From: Myxococcota bacterium
Lineage (GTDB): Bacteria; Myxococcota; JACRCW01
Assembly: GCA_040752415.1 (NCBI GenBank)
Contig: JBFMGU010000211.1
Span: 1 to 17,955 of the forward strand
Direction: 5' to 3'
Length of the DNA: 17,955 bases
Position 1 is the first letter of the stretch, and every line of letters begins with the position of its first letter. Made by a program: the position numbers and the translations under genes. Under the pieces are notes generated by a model. That model worked only from the letters and a program-made list of their open reading frames with translations. It was not told the origin of the DNA and made no database searches. Below, piece after piece: positions 14,870 through 17,955 of this stretch.

Positions 14870-16024
14870 TCAGGAGTTGGTGCGCCAGCTGGCGTGGTAG
14901 TCCGTGAACTCCACGGACTGCGCGGCCACGGTGGGCTGCAGCGGCTTGAACGTATCCACCATGACGGCCAGCTCCTCGGTGCGCGAGGTGCCAATGGACG
15001 CTTCGTACGCGCCGGGGTGCGGACCATGCGGGATGCCGGCGGGGTGCAGGCTGATGGCGCCCGGCCCCACGCCACGACGGGACGTGAAGTTCCCGCGGCA
15101 GTAGAAGATCATCTCGTCGCAATCCACGCTGCTGTGCGGGTACGGGCACGGGATGGCCTTGGGGTGGAAGTCCGTCAGCCTCGGGACGAAGTTGCACACG
15201 ATGAGTCCCGTGGCGGCGAACACCGCGTGCACCGGCGGCGGCATGTGGATCTGCCCCGTCTTGGGCGAGAACCGCTCGATGTTGAACGCAATGGGATAGA
15301 CAAACCCGTCAAAGCCCACCACGTCCAGCACGCTGTGCTTGCACTTGCGCAGCGTGAACTGATCCTGCCGCTTGATGATCACCGTCGAGGGCGCGTCCTC
15401 CTGCGGGATGCTCGTGGGTCGACGGAAATCCCGGTGCGCGTACGGCGCGTCCATCTTCAGCTGCCCGGCGGGATTCAGGTACTGGTGCGGGATGCGCAGC
15501 CCGTGGCGAATCTCCAGGTGCAGCCACAACCCTCCCTGCACCTTCACGAAGCGGTAGGGCAGCGAGCGCGGCAGCCACACGTAGTCGCCGGGTCCCACGT
15601 CGAGCGCGCCGTAGGGCGTCTCCAGCTTCGCGCTGCCTTCATGCAGGTAGTAGAGGTCGTCGGCGTCGTTGTTGGCCAGGAACGCGTCGTCATCCTGGTC
15701 GGGACGACACAGCGCCACGTTGACGTCGTCATTGCTGAGCACCACGACGCGCGCGTCCAGCGGCCGGCCCTTGAGTTTCAGGTTGGGCCCCAGGAACAGC
15801 CGACGCGCCACCGACGCGGGAAGGCGCTCCGGTTTCTGCCAGCCGCGCTCGGTGGCCTCGAGGCCCACGTCCTCCATGGGGCCGTTCTTGTGGTAGCTGA
15901 TGGTGTACGCACCGTCGAAGCCCAGGCGCGTGAAGCAATGCTCGAAGAGGAGCTTGCCGCTGGTGTCGCGCATGACGGTGTGCGGCTTGTCGGCCAGCGC
16001 ACCCAGTGTGAGTCGGTCCAACAT
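14870..16024 (-). CDS. hmgA: Homogentisate 1,2-dioxygenase
   Basis: 'NNDADDLYYLHEG', 'HMPPPVHAVF', 'PCPYPHSSVDCDEMIFY', 'SLHPAGIPHGPHPG' and 'ELAVMVDTFKPL'. SD GAGGAGG precedes ATG 16024. Confidence 0.95.
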   Translation of the reverse strand: MLDRLTLGALADKPHTVMRDTSGKLLFEHCFTRLGFDGAYTISYHKNGPMEDVGLEATERGWQKPERLPASVARRLFLGPNLKLKGRPLDARVVVLSNDDVNVALCRPDQDDDAFLANNDADDLYYLHEGSAKLETPYGALDVGPGDYVWLPRSLPYRFVKVQGGLWLHLEIRHGLRIPHQYLNPAGQLKMDAPYAHRDFRRPTSIPQEDAPSTVIIKRQDQFTLRKCKHSVLDVVGFDGFVYPIAFNIERFSPKTGQIHMPPPVHAVFAATGLIVCNFVPRLTDFHPKAIPCPYPHSSVDCDEMIFYCRGNFTSRRGVGPGAISLHPAGIPHGPHPGAYEASIGTSRTEELAVMVDTFKPLQPTVAAQSVEFTDYHASWRTNS

Positions 16025-16034
16025 GGTGTCCTCC

Positions 16035-17174
16035 TCAGTCCTTGCGGGAGGACTGCGCCGCTTCGATGGCCTCGAAGAGCGCACGGAAGTTGCCGTAGCC
16101 GAACCCGCGGTCGCCCGCGCGCTGGATGATCTCGAAGAACGCGGGCCCCGCCTCCTCGCGACCGTCCACCGCCTTCAGCTCCTCCTGGAAGATCTGCAGC
16201 ATGTACCCCTCGCTGCTGCCGTCGACGAGGATGTTGCGCTTCTTCAGCTCCGCCATCGGCTCGCGGATCTTCTCGACGTCCCAGCCCACGCTCTTCAGGC
16301 GCGCGCCCAGCATCTCGTAGTAGGTGGCCGGCGCGGCCAGGAACTTGAAGCCCTTGGCCTGCAGCCAGTCCACCGCGTCAATGATCCTGGGCACGCTGAG
16401 CGCGATGTGCTGCACGCCCGGACCACGGTTGTCGACGACGAAACGCTCGATCTGGCTCTGCCGGAAGAACGGGCGCAGCGGCTCGTTGGTGGCGAACTTG
16501 ATCTGGCTCTCCGGGTCCCACATCACAATGGACTTCAGGCCCGTGCCGCTGTCCTTGGTCTTGCCGGCCGCGGTCATCGTCGTGTGGAACTGGATTTCCC
16601 AGAACTGCTCAAAGCCCATGACGTGGCGGTACCAGTCAATCAGCGGGCGCATGGTGCGCAGGTTGCTCGTGATGTGGTCGATGCCAATCCACGGCACCGC
16701 GCCGGGGCGCGCCGGAGCCTTGATGGCGTCCCACCCGGGAGCGAACTGCGTGTGGTCCTTGCGCTCGATGAAGCGGAAGTTCACCTCACCCAGCGGCGTG
16801 GCAATCTCGAACTCCTTCTGGCCGTCCACGTCGGTGGCGTCGGCAATGGGCGTGCCCTGGCGGCTCTCCAGCGTCTTGAACGCGGCGTCCACGCTCTTGA
16901 CGTTGAAGGCCACCGTCATCACGCCTTCCGGGTGCAGCCTCAGGAAGCGCGCGGCGTCGGAGTTCTCGCGCAGGGACTGGGTGACCATGATGCGTGCGTC
17001 GCCACCCAGGTAGACCACGCTCTTCTGGCCTTCCTTCTCCTCCACCGCGCGCGACGAGCGGTACACGGGACGGAACCCGAAGCGCTCCTCGTACAGCTTG
17101 TGGGCGCGCTCGAGGTCGTGGACGGCGAACTGGACGTGGCTGAGGCCAATGAGGCCAAGGCCGGATGACTTCAT
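16035..17174 (-). CDS. hppD: 4-hydroxyphenylpyruvate dioxygenase
   Basis: Fe ligands in 'GIDHITSN', 'PGVQHIAL' and 'FFEIIQR', plus 'GYMLQIF' and 'GFGYGNFRALFEAIE'. Directly upstream of hmgA. Confidence 0.95.
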   Translation of the reverse strand: MKSSGLGLIGLSHVQFAVHDLERAHKLYEERFGFRPVYRSSRAVEEKEGQKSVVYLGGDARIMVTQSLRENSDAARFLRLHPEGVMTVAFNVKSVDAAFKTLESRQGTPIADATDVDGQKEFEIATPLGEVNFRFIERKDHTQFAPGWDAIKAPARPGAVPWIGIDHITSNLRTMRPLIDWYRHVMGFEQFWEIQFHTTMTAAGKTKDSGTGLKSIVMWDPESQIKFATNEPLRPFFRQSQIERFVVDNRGPGVQHIALSVPRIIDAVDWLQAKGFKFLAAPATYYEMLGARLKSVGWDVEKIREPMAELKKRNILVDGSSEGYMLQIFQEELKAVDGREEAGPAFFEIIQRAGDRGFGYGNFRALFEAIEAAQSSRKD

Positions 17175-17809
17175 GGTGCTCTCCTGGCAGGTGGAGGGTG
17201 ATTCTTGCGCGCACGCGGCGCGGAAGCGGGTTGCGGCGACGTCGTCAGCAACGGCACCAGGTGCCGGTAGATGCTGTCGGCCTCGTCGGTGGTGGGGTCC
17301 ACCAACGCGTACATGGTGAGTCCGGACAGGAGCGCCGCCAGCGCGCTGGCCGTCTGCGGGCCCAGCGCCGGACGCAATCCCTCACCGGCTTCACCGTTGA
17401 GCAGCCGCGCCAGGGCCCGACGGTGCCGGGTCATTACCTCGCGCACGCGGTCACGCAGGGCGGGGTCGCGCATGCTGCGGAGCCAGAACTCGTGCCACAC
17501 CAGCTGCACGTCGGGAGCCTGACGCGCCCAGTGCTTCACCGCGGCGAAGTGGGCCTCCAGCACGTCGGCGGGCGTGGCCTCGGGCGGCAGGTCGCTGACG
17601 GGGGCTTCCTCCTTGAACCGCGCCACCAGTTCATCCAGCACCGCCCCGACGAGATCCTCCTTGCTGGGGAAGTGGTAGTGCAGCGTGGCCACGTTCACGC
17701 CTACTGCGTCGGCCACGGCGCGCGTGCGCAGGCCCTCAAAGCCCTGCTGCGCAATGACCTGGAAGGCCGCCTTCACCAGCGCGGCGCGCGTCTCGGAAGC
17801 GTCGCCCAT
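17171..17809 (-). CDS. TetR/AcrR family transcriptional regulator
   Basis: HTH 'QGFEGLRTRAVADAVGVNVATLHYHFPSKEDL' with a BetI-type C-terminal half. Stop overlaps the hppD start (ATGA). ATG at 17809, with TTG at 17812 as the alternative. Confidence 0.92.
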   Translation of the reverse strand: MGDASETRAALVKAAFQVIAQQGFEGLRTRAVADAVGVNVATLHYHFPSKEDLVGAVLDELVARFKEEAPVSDLPPEATPADVLEAHFAAVKHWARQAPDVQLVWHEFWLRSMRDPALRDRVREVMTRHRRALARLLNGEAGEGLRPALGPQTASALAALLSGLTMYALVDPTTDEADSIYRHLVPLLTTSPQPASAPRARKNHPPPARRAP

Positions 17810-17810
17810 C

Positions 17811-17822
17811 AATCACTTGATT
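17811..17822. promoter_or_regulatory. Probable TetR operator (inverted repeat AATCA-NN-TGATT)
   Basis: AT-rich palindrome AATCACTTGATT immediately upstream of the tetR start codon in GC-rich DNA. Confidence 0.6.
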
Positions 17823-17846
17823 AGCGGCCGGCATCCCCCAGGTCAA
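17818..17846 (-). promoter_or_regulatory. Putative sigma70 promoter for tetR-hppD-hmgA
   Basis: Minus strand TTGACC (17846-17841), 17-nt spacer, TAATCA (17823-17818), 8 nt before ATG. The -10 element is imperfect. Confidence 0.5.
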
Positions 17847-17888
17847 GCCGCTTTTCCGGCCGGCTGACGACGTGCCGGGGGCTTCCGT

Positions 17889-17924
17889 CCCCCTCCCCAT
17901 CCCCCTCCCTCTCCCCCTCCCGAG
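17889..17924. repeat. Three imperfect 12-nt tandem units CCCCCTCCCnnn
   Basis: CCCCCTCCCCAT / CCCCCTCCCTCT / CCCCCTCCCGAG. Confidence 0.7.
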
Positions 17925-17955
17925 GACAACCACGCGTCATCCCGGTCCATCACGC

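Noticed and set aside
16035..17174. Hydroxymandelate synthase of a secondary-metabolite cluster
   Set aside because: The context is hmgA, maiA and fahA with no NRPS genes, so catabolic HppD is the simpler call.

Overview
High-GC, gene-dense window that looks like core chromosome of a Myxococcota-type (myxobacteria-like) bacterium. The evidence is Cys-rich lipoproteins with DAG/Ser linkers, an AgmX/PglI-type C-terminal domain and a probable C-terminal TM-plus-basic-tail sorting signal at the left edge. In order, it holds a STAS/SEC14-like small protein, an FmdB zinc-ribbon protein, a ChaN-like protein with an extra C-terminal domain, a secreted YceI-family protein, a short GGQ peptidyl-tRNA hydrolase, a large Cys-rich lipoprotein, a cN-II/HAD-IG 5'-nucleotidase and a zinc-ribbon/TM/AgmX-PglI protein. 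These are followed by a stand-alone nuoC-nuoD pair, a lipoprotein with an NPP1/Vps62-like motif set, and a complete homogentisate pathway split into two convergent units (fahA-maiA-TPR on +; tetR-hppD-hmgA on -). I see no mobile element, CRISPR array, tRNA or rRNA, and no clear-cut new multi-gene system. The best leads are the NPP1/Vps62-like lipoprotein between nuoD and fahA, the ChaN plus zincin-like fusion, the insert-less ArfB/C12orf65-like rescue factor, the orphan GltJ/PglI-like protein and a recurring leaderless-promoter architecture. All family calls come from motif recognition by eye, not database searches.
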